This document shows, in pieces, positions 49,045 to 59,107 of a stretch of DNA of 64,000 nucleotides (positions are counted from its first letter, which is position 1; each line of letters opens with the position of its first letter). Both the position numbers and the translations under genes were made by a program. The notes under the pieces were generated by a model, which was not told the DNA's origin, did not search any database, and was given only the letters and a program-made list of their open reading frames with translations. The stretch is from Sphingobacterium wenxiniae. GTDB lineage: Bacteria > Bacteroidota > Bacteroidia > Sphingobacteriales > Sphingobacteriaceae. Location of the stretch: positions 825 to 64,824 of the forward strand of contig JBEBRE010000004.1 of NCBI GenBank assembly GCA_040394995.1, read 5' to 3'.

Positions 49045-50004
49045 ATGAAAAGTTTTGTCATAAAAAACAAACATAACATGTGTGTCACCATCTTGGACTG
49101 GGGTTGCCGTATTGTTGCCCTCCAAGTCCCAGACAAGACAGGAAAATTGATCGATACCGTATTAAGCTATCCCACCATAGAAGACTATAAGGACGATGAG
49201 CATTACGTAGGTAGCACCATTGGGAGGTATGCCAATCGGATCTGTCAAGGAAAATTCAAAATCGCGCAAAACCAAATACAATTGACCACCAATGAAAACG
49301 GTGCTGGCAACCATCTGCATGGTGGCATCAATGGTTTTGACAAAAGATATTGGACTGTAGTCAATGCTGATGACTCCGTACTCGAAATGAGCATCATTAG
49401 TCCTGACGGCGATGAAGGTTATCCAGGAACATTAACTGTCTATACACGTTACGAAGTATGCGATGACAATACCCTGACCATACACTATAGGGCAACAGCC
49501 AACAAAACAACCATTGCCAACATTACCAACCACAGCTACTTCAACCTATCGAATAGGAAACATTCTATCGATCAGCATCAAATAAAAGTAGAGGCACAGT
49601 TTTACACACCGTTGGATACCCGAAATATCCCTGTTCCACCCTTTAAGAAAGTGGTAGATAGTACTGTTTTTGATCTCCGGGAATTTCAACAGGTTAGCCA
49701 AATCAAGAAAAAGATTGGCAATATAAATTACCATATCGAAGGAAATGGCTCGAAACAACTGCAGACCGTGGCCACTATCCAAGACAAGGAAACAGGGCGC
49801 AAGTTGGTTATATCGTCGGATTACCCCAGTTTACAGGTATATTTTGGCAATTATCTGTCGGGCAAGTTCCTGCCGTTTCAAGGGCTATGTTGCGAGCCAC
49901 ATTACGCACCAAATTCGCCTAACATTGAAGGATTTCCTTCTGTTATCTTAGAGCCGGATCAGGAATATCGGCATACCATCAAATACCATTTCGAAGATTT
50001 TTAA
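49045..50004 (+). CDS. galM: Aldose 1-epimerase (mutarotase)
   Basis: GRYANRI, HLHGG, GYPG, TNHSYFNL, CCE. Confidence 0.92.
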   Translation: MKSFVIKNKHNMCVTILDWGCRIVALQVPDKTGKLIDTVLSYPTIEDYKDDEHYVGSTIGRYANRICQGKFKIAQNQIQLTTNENGAGNHLHGGINGFDKRYWTVVNADDSVLEMSIISPDGDEGYPGTLTVYTRYEVCDDNTLTIHYRATANKTTIANITNHSYFNLSNRKHSIDQHQIKVEAQFYTPLDTRNIPVPPFKKVVDSTVFDLREFQQVSQIKKKIGNINYHIEGNGSKQLQTVATIQDKETGRKLVISSDYPSLQVYFGNYLSGKFLPFQGLCCEPHYAPNSPNIEGFPSVILEPDQEYRHTIKYHFEDF

Positions 50005-50112
50005 ACATGCAAAAGCACTTTCATCCTCAAATGGGATTTATGACGAGATCATGCCTGCTTTTGAAGATTACCCACGTTTACTTTTCTAAAACCAAATGAT
50101 AAAAACATAGAT

Positions 50113-52317
50113 ATGAAGAAAACCATCGTCCTTCTCTTACTGCTCCTTGTTTCCTTGGGAAAATCGTTTGCACAGCAGACACAACTTATATTAAAAGCCG
50201 TAAATGAGATCCTGTTGGAGACCGAAAAAATATCATTAGTCTTCAGCATTGCCGAAAACAAAGACATCAATATGCTTTATTTAGGGGAAAAATTGGCAAA
50301 CAACACCGAATATCAGCTTTTAGATGGCCAATATAAGCAAGCTGATGATTATACGAGCATGTACCAATCTGCTTACACAGCATCGGGAACGCGTAATCTG
50401 CTGGAACCTGCAATAAGCGTGGAACATGGCGATGGCAATCAATCGCTGGATTTAAAATATGTGCGCCATGAAACAAAAAAAATAAATGACAATCAGACAG
50501 AAGTCATTATATCCTTAAGAGATGAGGTGTATCCCTTCTTTGTAGAGCTGCATTATGTAACCAATTACAAAGAGAATGTCATCGAACAATGGAGCGTTTT
50601 ACGCCATCAAGAGAAGAAGCCTGTCAAACTTCATAAGTATGCTTCTGCCAATCTGAGTTTAAAGGGTGCAGATTTTTACTTGAGAAGCTATCACGGTGAT
50701 TGGATTGCTGAAATGCAACCCGAGGACGAACGGCTTACCCATGGTATCAAAACATTGGACAGCAAACTCGGCACCCGCACCAACCTATTCCGAACTTCCT
50801 ATTTTGCTTTAGGCATCGATAATCCGGTTACAGAACATGACGGCACCGTCTTGATGGGGGGACTGGATTGGAGCGGCAATTTTCGGGTCGATTTTGAAAA
50901 AGATCCACAGGATAACCTGCGTATTATTGCCGGCATCAACAATTATGCTTCACATTATTCCCTCGCCCCCAACACCGATTTCACAACACCCCGATTCTCC
51001 TTTACGCTATCCGACCAAGGGCTTGGAGAAGGCAGTCGCAATCTGCACGATTGGGCTCGAACCAACCGATTGATTGATGGATATGGCGATCGATACACCT
51101 TGCTAAACAATTGGGAAAGCACATATTTTAATTTTGACGAACAAAAAATATTTCACCTTTTGGAAAATACCAAAAAGCTCGGTGTCGACCTGTTCTTGCT
51201 AGACGATGGATGGTTTGGCAACAAATATCCACGAGATGCAGACACCTCGGCATTAGGCGATTGGATGGAAAACAAGAAAAAACTACCGAATGGGATTATC
51301 TCCATCGTCAAGGAGGCCAAAAAAACAGGCGTGGGTTTTGGCATTTGGGTTGAACCGGAAATGATCAGCCCTAAAAGTGAGCTCTACGAGAAAAAACCAC
51401 AATGGGTTGTCAAGCAACCCAACCGAGAAGAGTATTATTTTAGAAATCAACTGGTGTTGGATTTATCCAATCCCGAAGTACAGGATTTCGTTTATGGAAT
51501 ATTAGACGATTTGTTCCAAAAAAATCCAGGATTGGCTTATATCAAATGGGACTGCAATGCCGTTATCTACAACGCACATTCAAATTTCGTCAAAGACCAA
51601 AACAATTTCTATGTAGATTATACTTTGGGATTATACAAGGTATTGGAGCGCTTCCGTGCGAAGTATCCCAAGGTGCCGATGATGCTCTGCTCGGGAGGCG
51701 GTGGGCGAATGGATTACGGTGCTATGCAATATTTCACAGAGTACTGGCCGAGTGACAATACGGATCCGCTGGACCGCATTTATATGCAATACGAAAACTC
51801 ACTGTTTTTTCCCGCTATTGCCAGTGCAAACCACGTCACTACTTTTGGAAAACAAGACTTAAAATTCAAAATCGATGTGGCCATGATGGGAAAAATGGGG
51901 TTTGACTTAAATCTGGAAGAACTAAACGAGAAGGAATTGCACTTTGCGCAGGAAGCCGTCAGGAATTATAACACCTATAAGCATGTAGTATGGCATGGTG
52001 ACGTATATCGCTTAGCCAATCCACGACTTACCAACCATGCAAGTATCGCTTATGTCAGCAAGGATAAATCCGAAGCCGTGATGTTCAATTTTCTAACTAC
52101 GTATAGTCAAGTTTCTAAAACAGCGAGTCCCATCAGGTGGTTCGGATTGGACAGCAACAAAAAATACCACATCCAAGAGATCAACTTAGACGGCAGAAAT
52201 AGCAACATAAGCAACGATTTAGTCTTAACAGGTGATTTCTTGATGAAAGTTGGGTTAAACCCCGTTCTGAACAATTACAGAAAAAGTGTAGTATTGACGC
52301 TGAGCGAAGTTAAATAA
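50113..52317 (+). CDS. Alpha-galactosidase, GH36
   Basis: NNWE, LDDGWFG, GIWVEPEM, YIKWDCN, CSGGGGR, WPSDNTD; signal peptide. Confidence 0.95.
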   Translation: MKKTIVLLLLLLVSLGKSFAQQTQLILKAVNEILLETEKISLVFSIAENKDINMLYLGEKLANNTEYQLLDGQYKQADDYTSMYQSAYTASGTRNLLEPAISVEHGDGNQSLDLKYVRHETKKINDNQTEVIISLRDEVYPFFVELHYVTNYKENVIEQWSVLRHQEKKPVKLHKYASANLSLKGADFYLRSYHGDWIAEMQPEDERLTHGIKTLDSKLGTRTNLFRTSYFALGIDNPVTEHDGTVLMGGLDWSGNFRVDFEKDPQDNLRIIAGINNYASHYSLAPNTDFTTPRFSFTLSDQGLGEGSRNLHDWARTNRLIDGYGDRYTLLNNWESTYFNFDEQKIFHLLENTKKLGVDLFLLDDGWFGNKYPRDADTSALGDWMENKKKLPNGIISIVKEAKKTGVGFGIWVEPEMISPKSELYEKKPQWVVKQPNREEYYFRNQLVLDLSNPEVQDFVYGILDDLFQKNPGLAYIKWDCNAVIYNAHSNFVKDQNNFYVDYTLGLYKVLERFRAKYPKVPMMLCSGGGGRMDYGAMQYFTEYWPSDNTDPLDRIYMQYENSLFFPAIASANHVTTFGKQDLKFKIDVAMMGKMGFDLNLEELNEKELHFAQEAVRNYNTYKHVVWHGDVYRLANPRLTNHASIAYVSKDKSEAVMFNFLTTYSQVSKTASPIRWFGLDSNKKYHIQEINLDGRNSNISNDLVLTGDFLMKVGLNPVLNNYRKSVVLTLSEVK

Positions 52318-52328
52318 AAACAATTGCC

Positions 52329-53204
52329 ATGTACAACATCAATAGTATTCATCACGGTTCGCTCCACCTTGGCGAGAGCCCCATATGGGATGACCGTCTT
52401 GGCCAACTCTTTTACGTCGATATTCTGGGAAAAGCATTGTACAGCTGGGAATACGATAACGGAAACATCAAAAGCTTCCATTTCCCCGAGTATATCAGCT
52501 GTATTGCCCTAACACACGATAAAGATATCCTTTGGATAGCGTTGGAAAGTGGCATCTATGCTTTCCATTTAGATACGCAGGAAAAAACATTCATTTGCCA
52601 GCCCGAAACAAAATCTGATTATAGGTACAATGATGGTGCGGTCGATGGGAATGGACGTTGGCTCATCGGCAGCATGAACAATATAAACAACGGGCCCAAG
52701 GCTACCCATCTTCCCGATGCCAGCCTATACCAAATAACGGGAGCAAATAGCCGCACGCTCCTCGAAGGCGTTACTGTTTCAAACGGGATAGCTTTTCAAG
52801 CACCCTATCTATACTATATAGATTCAAAATGCAACAATGTCCGAAAATTCCTGTACGAAAACAATACGTTACAATTCGTCGAGGAAGTATTCTCTATTTC
52901 CGATGGCACCACATTGGACGGCATGACCATCTCCAAAAGCAATAAGCTTTATATCGCCAATTGGGGAGGACAACAAATTCTTATCTTTGATTTATCGAGT
53001 GGTAAGATAACAGGTGCTATTTCCGTTCCGGCCGTCAATCCCACGTCCTGTACGTTTGGGGGACCTCTCTTAAACGAACTTTTTATTACCACGTCGCGTA
53101 TTAGCGACGATAATAATTCGTTGTCTGGCGTATATGTCGTTCCATTGGAAGATGAAGGATATATAGAAAACAAAATATTGAACAAAACAACAACCGCAAC
53201 ATGA
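52329..53204 (+). CDS. SMP-30/gluconolactonase family sugar lactonase
   Basis: LGESPIWD, RYNDG, SNG, DGM, TSCTFGG; no signal peptide. Confidence 0.92.
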   Translation: MYNINSIHHGSLHLGESPIWDDRLGQLFYVDILGKALYSWEYDNGNIKSFHFPEYISCIALTHDKDILWIALESGIYAFHLDTQEKTFICQPETKSDYRYNDGAVDGNGRWLIGSMNNINNGPKATHLPDASLYQITGANSRTLLEGVTVSNGIAFQAPYLYYIDSKCNNVRKFLYENNTLQFVEEVFSISDGTTLDGMTISKSNKLYIANWGGQQILIFDLSSGKITGAISVPAVNPTSCTFGGPLLNELFITTSRISDDNNSLSGVYVVPLEDEGYIENKILNKTTTAT

Positions 53205-55546
53205 GATTGATTTTTTTATACAGTATCATCTTTATTTTGACGACTTTTACTTCGTCCCCGGCATGGAGCAAAACGGAAGATCCGAATTTACGGCTTTGGT
53301 ACACCCAACCGGCATCGCAATGGGAGGAATACCTTCCTTTAGGAAACGGCAAGATCGGCATGATGCCCAATGGCGGTATTGAAAAGGAGAACATTACGCT
53401 GAACGATATTACCCTCTGGTCGGGCTCACCACAGGATGCCAATAACTACGAGGCCAGTGCCTATCTTCCCGAAATAAGGCAATTGCTTTTACAGGGGAAA
53501 AACGAGGTTGCACAACAATTGATCAACCAACATTTTATCTGTAAAGGTCCAGGGTCGGGTGGTGCACAATGGGGATGTTTTCAGACGATGGGATCCTTAA
53601 ACATCGACTACCAATTAGAAACAAATGAAAAACCGGTCAATTACCGTAGGGAACTCGATATTCAGTCTGCCAAGGCCACAACTACTTTCCAAGTCGGAAA
53701 GACCACTTATACGCGCGAATATTTTACAAGTTTTCATCATGATGCCGGTTTCATACGCATTAGAGCGAATGCCTCGGGTAAAATATCACTAACCGCTTCC
53801 CTTCACCGAGAAGAAAGGGCACAGTATAGTGTTGAAGACAATCAGCTGATGATGTCAGGACAACTGGATAATGGTACAGACGGAAAGGGTATGAAGTTTA
53901 TCACTCGATTGGCTGTAAAAAATAAAGGTGGGAAAATCACTTTTGAAAAAGATAAAATCATCATTACCGGAGCAAACGAGGTTATATTATACCTAACAAC
54001 AGGAACAGATTATAAAAACAATAATTTTTTAAAAAGCAGCTTGCAGGAATTAAATCAAGCACAAGCAAGTACGTGGGACGTAGAATATCGCAAGCATACA
54101 CAAAATTACCGCTCTTACTTCGATAGACTGTCGTTAAATATTGGTACGTTTCATCAAGAACAGGTGCCTACCAACCAACGTTTGGTCAACTACCAAACCT
54201 CTCCAGAACAAGATCCTTCCCTGAGTGCCTTGTTCTTTCAATACGGCCGCTACCTTAGCATCAGCAGTACCCGCATAGGCCTGTTGCCCCCAAACCTGCA
54301 AGGACTTTGGGCCAATCAGATCCGTACACCATGGAATGGCGATTATCACCTCGATGTGAATGTACAAATGAATCATTGGCACTTAGGGCCGGCAAATCTC
54401 AGCGATCTGGAACTTCCTTTGGCAGATTTGGTGAGCGGGTTAGTCGAAAATGGAAAAAAGACAGCCAAAGCCTATTACAACGCACCGGGCTGGGTGGCAC
54501 ATGTCATCACCAACATTTGGGGCTTCACCGAACCGGGCGAAGCCGCTTCTTGGGGAATAGCCAATGCTGGATCGGGATGGCTATGCAACAATCTTTGGAC
54601 ACACTATGCCTATACGCAAGACAAAGATTATTTACGCCACATTTACCCTATCCTAAAAGGAGCTGCACAGTTTTACAACGCTTCACTTCTTTTACATCCC
54701 ACCAAAAACTGGCTGGTTACCAGTCCTTCTGTTTCGCCCGAGAATGCTTTTCTATTACCCAATGGCCAACACGCCAATGTCTGCATGGGGCCTACTATCG
54801 ACAATCAGATTACCAACGAACTTTTCAACAACGTGATCGAAGCGAACGAGATCTTAAAGTTGAACGATCCGTTTTGTGACACGTTGAAAACACGGTTATC
54901 CCTGCTGCCCCCTGTCGCACAAATAGCATCTGACGGCAGAATCATGGAATGGCTGGAAGAGTATGGAGAAGTAGATCCGCAACATCGCCATATTTCCCAC
55001 CTATACGGTCTCTATCCTGCCGATCAGATATCGGTAGCTGCTACACCCGACTTGGCAGAAGCTGCAAAAAAAACATTAGAAGTCCGAGGTGATGATGGTC
55101 CCAGCTGGGCTATCGCTTATAAAATGATTTTTTGGGCAAAGCTAAAAGACAGTGAAAGAGCATATAAACTGTTCAAGCAACTCATGACTCCCAGAACCGA
55201 TACGCATATCAATTATGGTGCTGGAGGCGGTTCATATCCCAACTTGTTGACCGCAGGCCCGCCTTTCCAGATTGACGGCAATTTTGGTGGGTCGGCCGCA
55301 CTTGCCGAAATGCTTGTGCAAAACAACAGTGAATACATCGAACTATTACCTGCACTACCGCAGGACTGGAGTGCACAGGGCGAGGTTCGCGGTATCCGGG
55401 CAAGAGGCGATATCACCATCGACATGAAATGGAAAGCAGGCAAAATCACGTCTCTGTCGCTTTATTCCACCTCTGCAAAACAAGTGAACGTATTTTTTAA
55501 TGGACAGCAACACATTGTAAAGGCCAAGGCCAGAAAGAAATCGTAA
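53201..55546 (+). CDS. GH95 alpha-1,2-L-fucosidase/alpha-L-galactosidase
   Basis: LPLGNG, QYGRYL, NLQGLW, N.QMN.W, SPEN, HRHISHL, PFQIDGNFG. Confidence 0.94.
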   Translation: MRLIFLYSIIFILTTFTSSPAWSKTEDPNLRLWYTQPASQWEEYLPLGNGKIGMMPNGGIEKENITLNDITLWSGSPQDANNYEASAYLPEIRQLLLQGKNEVAQQLINQHFICKGPGSGGAQWGCFQTMGSLNIDYQLETNEKPVNYRRELDIQSAKATTTFQVGKTTYTREYFTSFHHDAGFIRIRANASGKISLTASLHREERAQYSVEDNQLMMSGQLDNGTDGKGMKFITRLAVKNKGGKITFEKDKIIITGANEVILYLTTGTDYKNNNFLKSSLQELNQAQASTWDVEYRKHTQNYRSYFDRLSLNIGTFHQEQVPTNQRLVNYQTSPEQDPSLSALFFQYGRYLSISSTRIGLLPPNLQGLWANQIRTPWNGDYHLDVNVQMNHWHLGPANLSDLELPLADLVSGLVENGKKTAKAYYNAPGWVAHVITNIWGFTEPGEAASWGIANAGSGWLCNNLWTHYAYTQDKDYLRHIYPILKGAAQFYNASLLLHPTKNWLVTSPSVSPENAFLLPNGQHANVCMGPTIDNQITNELFNNVIEANEILKLNDPFCDTLKTRLSLLPPVAQIASDGRIMEWLEEYGEVDPQHRHISHLYGLYPADQISVAATPDLAEAAKKTLEVRGDDGPSWAIAYKMIFWAKLKDSERAYKLFKQLMTPRTDTHINYGAGGGSYPNLLTAGPPFQIDGNFGGSAALAEMLVQNNSEYIELLPALPQDWSAQGEVRGIRARGDITIDMKWKAGKITSLSLYSTSAKQVNVFFNGQQHIVKAKARKKS

Positions 55547-55987
55547 GCGTACTGAAGATCTCCTTGTTCCCCCACTCGTTCAGGGAAGCACTCCTCTTTG
55601 GCCGGTTCGTGTCCATGAGACAATAAAACTTTACCATGTTTTTGTAGGAGCTGTCTCCTATGTTTATTCCAAGCAAATGCAGGAGACACCCTCTCTCGTG
55701 CCAGGCGAAAAACCCGACATCACGACCAATCCTTTCCTCCTGCCCCGATTCGTATTCCCATGAGGGGAAATAGCCCAATTGCTTCGTGAAGGGACAAAAT
55801 AGGGCGTTGAAAGTGTTTCCGGTATTCTAGGCCTTAGGCAAAATATTAACGATGCGTTTCTCCTGCCACTGTTCTCCTAAATCTTTCCTAATTTGACATT
55901 TATATTTATCCTGTGAAAATGAAATAAGTAAGCGCAGGAACACATAAATTAAATATTATATTTGCGAACAATTGAAAAGTAACGAGC

Positions 55988-57211
55988 ATGAACATTAGGC
56001 TAACTCTGTTAACAGGTATCTTGAGTTTTATATACATAGCAAACATCGCAAATGCCCAAGAAAGGGATGATAGAGCTACCATACTAAATTTCAAAGGTAT
56101 CCAATTTACCAGTAAAGATTCGCTGTTCTATACCAATTTCAGGTTTAGAATGCAGAACAGACTGAAATTCAACAATATATTGGACGGTGAAAGCAACAAT
56201 TCCTTCGAAGCGCGGATACGTCGCTTGCGCATGCGCATGGACGGTTATATATATACCCCCAAGATATCCTATTCCGTGCAATTGGCATTTACACGTGGTG
56301 ATCAGGATTATGACGAATCCGGCGTTCCCAATATTGTTCGTGATGCCGTTGTCTTCTATAATTTTACAGATGATTTTTACCTTTCATTCGGACAAAATAA
56401 ACTCCCTGGAAATCGCCAACGCGTCACTTCTTCAGGCTCCCAGCAATTTGCAGAACGTTCATTGGTCAACGCCAATTTCAATATCGACCGCGATTTTGGG
56501 TTGACATTCAACCTGAGCAAAAAACTGGGAAAGATGCCTATCCATGCCAAAGCCGCCATTTCCACGGGAGAAGGCCGGGCTGTGAACAGTACAGACGATG
56601 GTTTTGCCTACACAGGCCGTGTAGAATTTCTGCCCTTCGGCGATTTCACCAATGATGGAGATTATTCCGAGGGTGATTTGGAACGGGAAGAAAAACCCAA
56701 ACTCTCCGTTGGACTTGGTTACAGTTACAACGACCGCACCACACGTGAAGGTGGGCAAACCGGCCGATTTGTGACCGATCCGTTCACCCTCAAAACTTCG
56801 TTTGCCGATGCAATATTCAAATACCAAGGATTTGCCTATCAAGCGGAATACATGCGAAGGGATGTAGACAATCCGCTAAACACCGTAGACGATCAGTTTA
56901 ACCAAACAGACGGTTCTACACCTGAGGAAACCTATGCTTTCAAGGGCTGGGGGGTTAATCAACAGGCTTCCTATCTGCTAAATAAAGGTTATGAGGTAGC
57001 GGGGCGATACACCTACATCAACCCACACCAACAGATCAGGGGATTTGAAAATCAGCTCGATATCATCGAGCTAGGATTAACAAAATACTTGAAGGCACAC
57101 CGTTTGAAGTTTCAAATTAACGGGAACTACATGGTGAAAGACGGGGATTTCGGAAATGACCTAAGTGGCAATTCCTGGGGGGGTACCATCCAAGTGGAAT
57201 TGGGGATTTAA
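55988..57211 (+). CDS. Outer-membrane porin (OprO/OprP-like)
   Basis: Signal peptide; RIRRLR.R.DG, GQ.KLPGNRQR, DRDFG. Confidence 0.82.
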   Translation: MNIRLTLLTGILSFIYIANIANAQERDDRATILNFKGIQFTSKDSLFYTNFRFRMQNRLKFNNILDGESNNSFEARIRRLRMRMDGYIYTPKISYSVQLAFTRGDQDYDESGVPNIVRDAVVFYNFTDDFYLSFGQNKLPGNRQRVTSSGSQQFAERSLVNANFNIDRDFGLTFNLSKKLGKMPIHAKAAISTGEGRAVNSTDDGFAYTGRVEFLPFGDFTNDGDYSEGDLEREEKPKLSVGLGYSYNDRTTREGGQTGRFVTDPFTLKTSFADAIFKYQGFAYQAEYMRRDVDNPLNTVDDQFNQTDGSTPEETYAFKGWGVNQQASYLLNKGYEVAGRYTYINPHQQIRGFENQLDIIELGLTKYLKAHRLKFQINGNYMVKDGDFGNDLSGNSWGGTIQVELGI

Positions 57212-57218
57212 TCTTCCC

Positions 57219-58007
57219 CTATTCCTGAATCAGTGCACGGTCTAAATGTACATATCCTCCATCCACGTGAATCAATTGCCCGGTGGTGTGGCTGGATTTA
57301 TCGGACAGCAAAAATACCGTGGTATTGGCAATTTCTTCCGCCGTGGTCATGCGGTGCTCCAATGGGATACGGTCAGTAATCTTTTTTAACGTTTCTTGGG
57401 GGTTATCCAAGGTCTGAATCCAAGAGTCATACTGAGGCGTGGCGCATTCTGCTACCACAACCGCATTTACGCGGATGCCAAAAGGCAAGAGTTCAACAGC
57501 CCACTCACGTGTTAATGCATTTCGGCCACCATTCGAAGCGGCATACGCCGACGTGTTTCCTTGCCCTGTTTCCGCCGATTTCGAGCTGATATTGACAATG
57601 CTTCCTTTTGCTTCTTTCAGTGCCTCTAATGAATAATGTGCCATGAGATAATAATGCACTAGATTTTTATGCAACGAAAGCACAAAATCCTCATAATTGC
57701 CCGAGGCCAATCCCACGCCGTCGTTATGCCCGGCATTGTTCACCAATCCATCAATACGGCCAAACATCTTCAATATGAGTTGAACGGCTTGTTTGCAATC
57801 TTCGGGATTGGATAGCTCGGCTTCCACGGTGCCTGCTTTTCCGCCTAACGCCTCTACTTCCGCCTTGACTATATCATTATCGGCTTGCTTTCGGCCCACT
57901 ATAACGGGCACAGCACCCTCTTTAGCCAATGCCAATACCACTGCCTTTCCAATACCTTTGGCACCACCGGTTACAATGACCACTTTATTTTTTAAGTTTA
58001 AATCCAT
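57219..58007 (-). CDS. SDR, probable L-fucose 1-dehydrogenase
   Basis: MDLNL..KV, NNAG.NDG, NLVHYY, TGQG.TS.YAA, LTREWA, VDGGYVHLDRAL; fucose-cluster context. Confidence 0.82.
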   Translation of the reverse strand: MDLNLKNKVVIVTGGAKGIGKAVVLALAKEGAVPVIVGRKQADNDIVKAEVEALGGKAGTVEAELSNPEDCKQAVQLILKMFGRIDGLVNNAGHNDGVGLASGNYEDFVLSLHKNLVHYYLMAHYSLEALKEAKGSIVNISSKSAETGQGNTSAYAASNGGRNALTREWAVELLPFGIRVNAVVVAECATPQYDSWIQTLDNPQETLKKITDRIPLEHRMTTAEEIANTTVFLLSDKSSHTTGQLIHVDGGYVHLDRALIQE

Positions 58008-58023
58008 TTTTTAGTAATTGATA

Positions 58024-58137
58024 TCCCCCTAAATCCCCCGAAGGAGAGAATTTTCTTCTTCTCCCCAACCCTCCCCGAAGGAGAGAGAGTGGCTTATTCT
58101 TTTGTCTTTGCTCTTTATTCTTTTCTCCTTGTTTCTT
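58024..58137. repeat. Two C-tract/hairpin REP-like elements plus degenerate TTCTTTR heptamers
   Basis: CCCCCTAAATCCCCCGAAGGAGAG and CTCCCCAACCCTCCCCGAAGGAGAGAGAGTGGCTTA, then a TC-rich tract. Confidence 0.75.
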
Positions 58138-58154
58138 CCACGCAATACGTATAT

Positions 58155-58982
58155 CTAAATATTATAAAACCTAACGGCATTACCGCCCCACAAGGCTTCT
58201 TGCTCCTCGCGCGAAAAATCCGATACTTGATGTTCCACGATGCGGATACTCTCCTCATAACTGGCCGCTAACAAACATACCGGCCAATCGGAACCAAACA
58301 TCATTCTATCTTTACCAAAACAAGCAACAGCATGCGATACATAGCGCGCGAAATCAGCCAACTTCCAGTTTTTCCAATCGGCTTCTGTTGCCAGCCCTGA
58401 TAGCTTACACCATACATTCGGGAAAGAAGCTAATTTCTCCATAAAGCTTGCCCATTCCTCAAAAGCGCCTGTCTTAATATCGGGTTTGGCCATGTGATCG
58501 AGCACAAATTTTTGATGTGGATTCGCTTCCACACAGGCCAATGTGCTGGCGTAATGCCGGGGCCGAATCAACAAATCATACGTGTAATCATATTTTGTTA
58601 ATTGTTTGATGCCGTTCAAAAAAGCGGGTCGCACCAAAAAATCAGGATCAGGCTCCGCTTCAACAATATGGCGAAATCCCTTGATCGCCGGATATTGGTT
58701 AAAGTGTTCCAGGTACTTTTCGATTTCATCGGATTGCAGATCTACCCACCCTACAATCCCCTTTATCATGGCATACATGGTCGAGAGATCCAACAGAAAC
58801 TGCGTTTCTTGATGGGACTGATCGGCCTGCACCGCCACAACGCCGTCTATATCATTCGCTTTCAAAAGAGGTGCTAAGTCTGTTGGCATAAAATGGCGAC
58901 GAATAGCAAGCATGTCCTCATCGATCCACGCATCCCGAACGGGATCATATAGCCAAAAATGTTGATGGGCGTCTATTCGCAT
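58155..58982 (-). CDS. Amidohydrolase, probable L-fucono-1,5-lactonase
   Basis: IDAHQHFW, VQA, GFRH, LDH..KP, KLSGL.TEA, FGSDWPV; ATG at 58982. Confidence 0.88.
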   Translation of the reverse strand: MRIDAHQHFWLYDPVRDAWIDEDMLAIRRHFMPTDLAPLLKANDIDGVVAVQADQSHQETQFLLDLSTMYAMIKGIVGWVDLQSDEIEKYLEHFNQYPAIKGFRHIVEAEPDPDFLVRPAFLNGIKQLTKYDYTYDLLIRPRHYASTLACVEANPHQKFVLDHMAKPDIKTGAFEEWASFMEKLASFPNVWCKLSGLATEADWKNWKLADFARYVSHAVACFGKDRMMFGSDWPVCLLAASYEESIRIVEHQVSDFSREEQEALWGGNAVRFYNI

Positions 58983-58998
58983 AATGAGTATTGAGATT

Positions 58999-59107
58999 CC
59001 CCTCCCCAACCCTCCCCGAAGGAGAGGGAGCGGCTTAGTCTTTATTCTTTATTCTTTTCTCTTTCTTCTTTGTTCTTTGTTCTTTGTTCTTTGTTCCTTA
59101 TTCTTTA
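58999..59107. repeat. REP-like element plus ~10 TTCTTTR heptamers
   Basis: CCCCTCCCCAACCCTCCCCGAAGGAGAGGGAGCGGCTTA, then heptamers at 59038-59107. Confidence 0.85.

Noticed and set aside
55462-55778. 75- and 93-aa minus-strand ORFs
   Set aside because: Overlap the GH95 3' end, no recognisable family, no clear promoter
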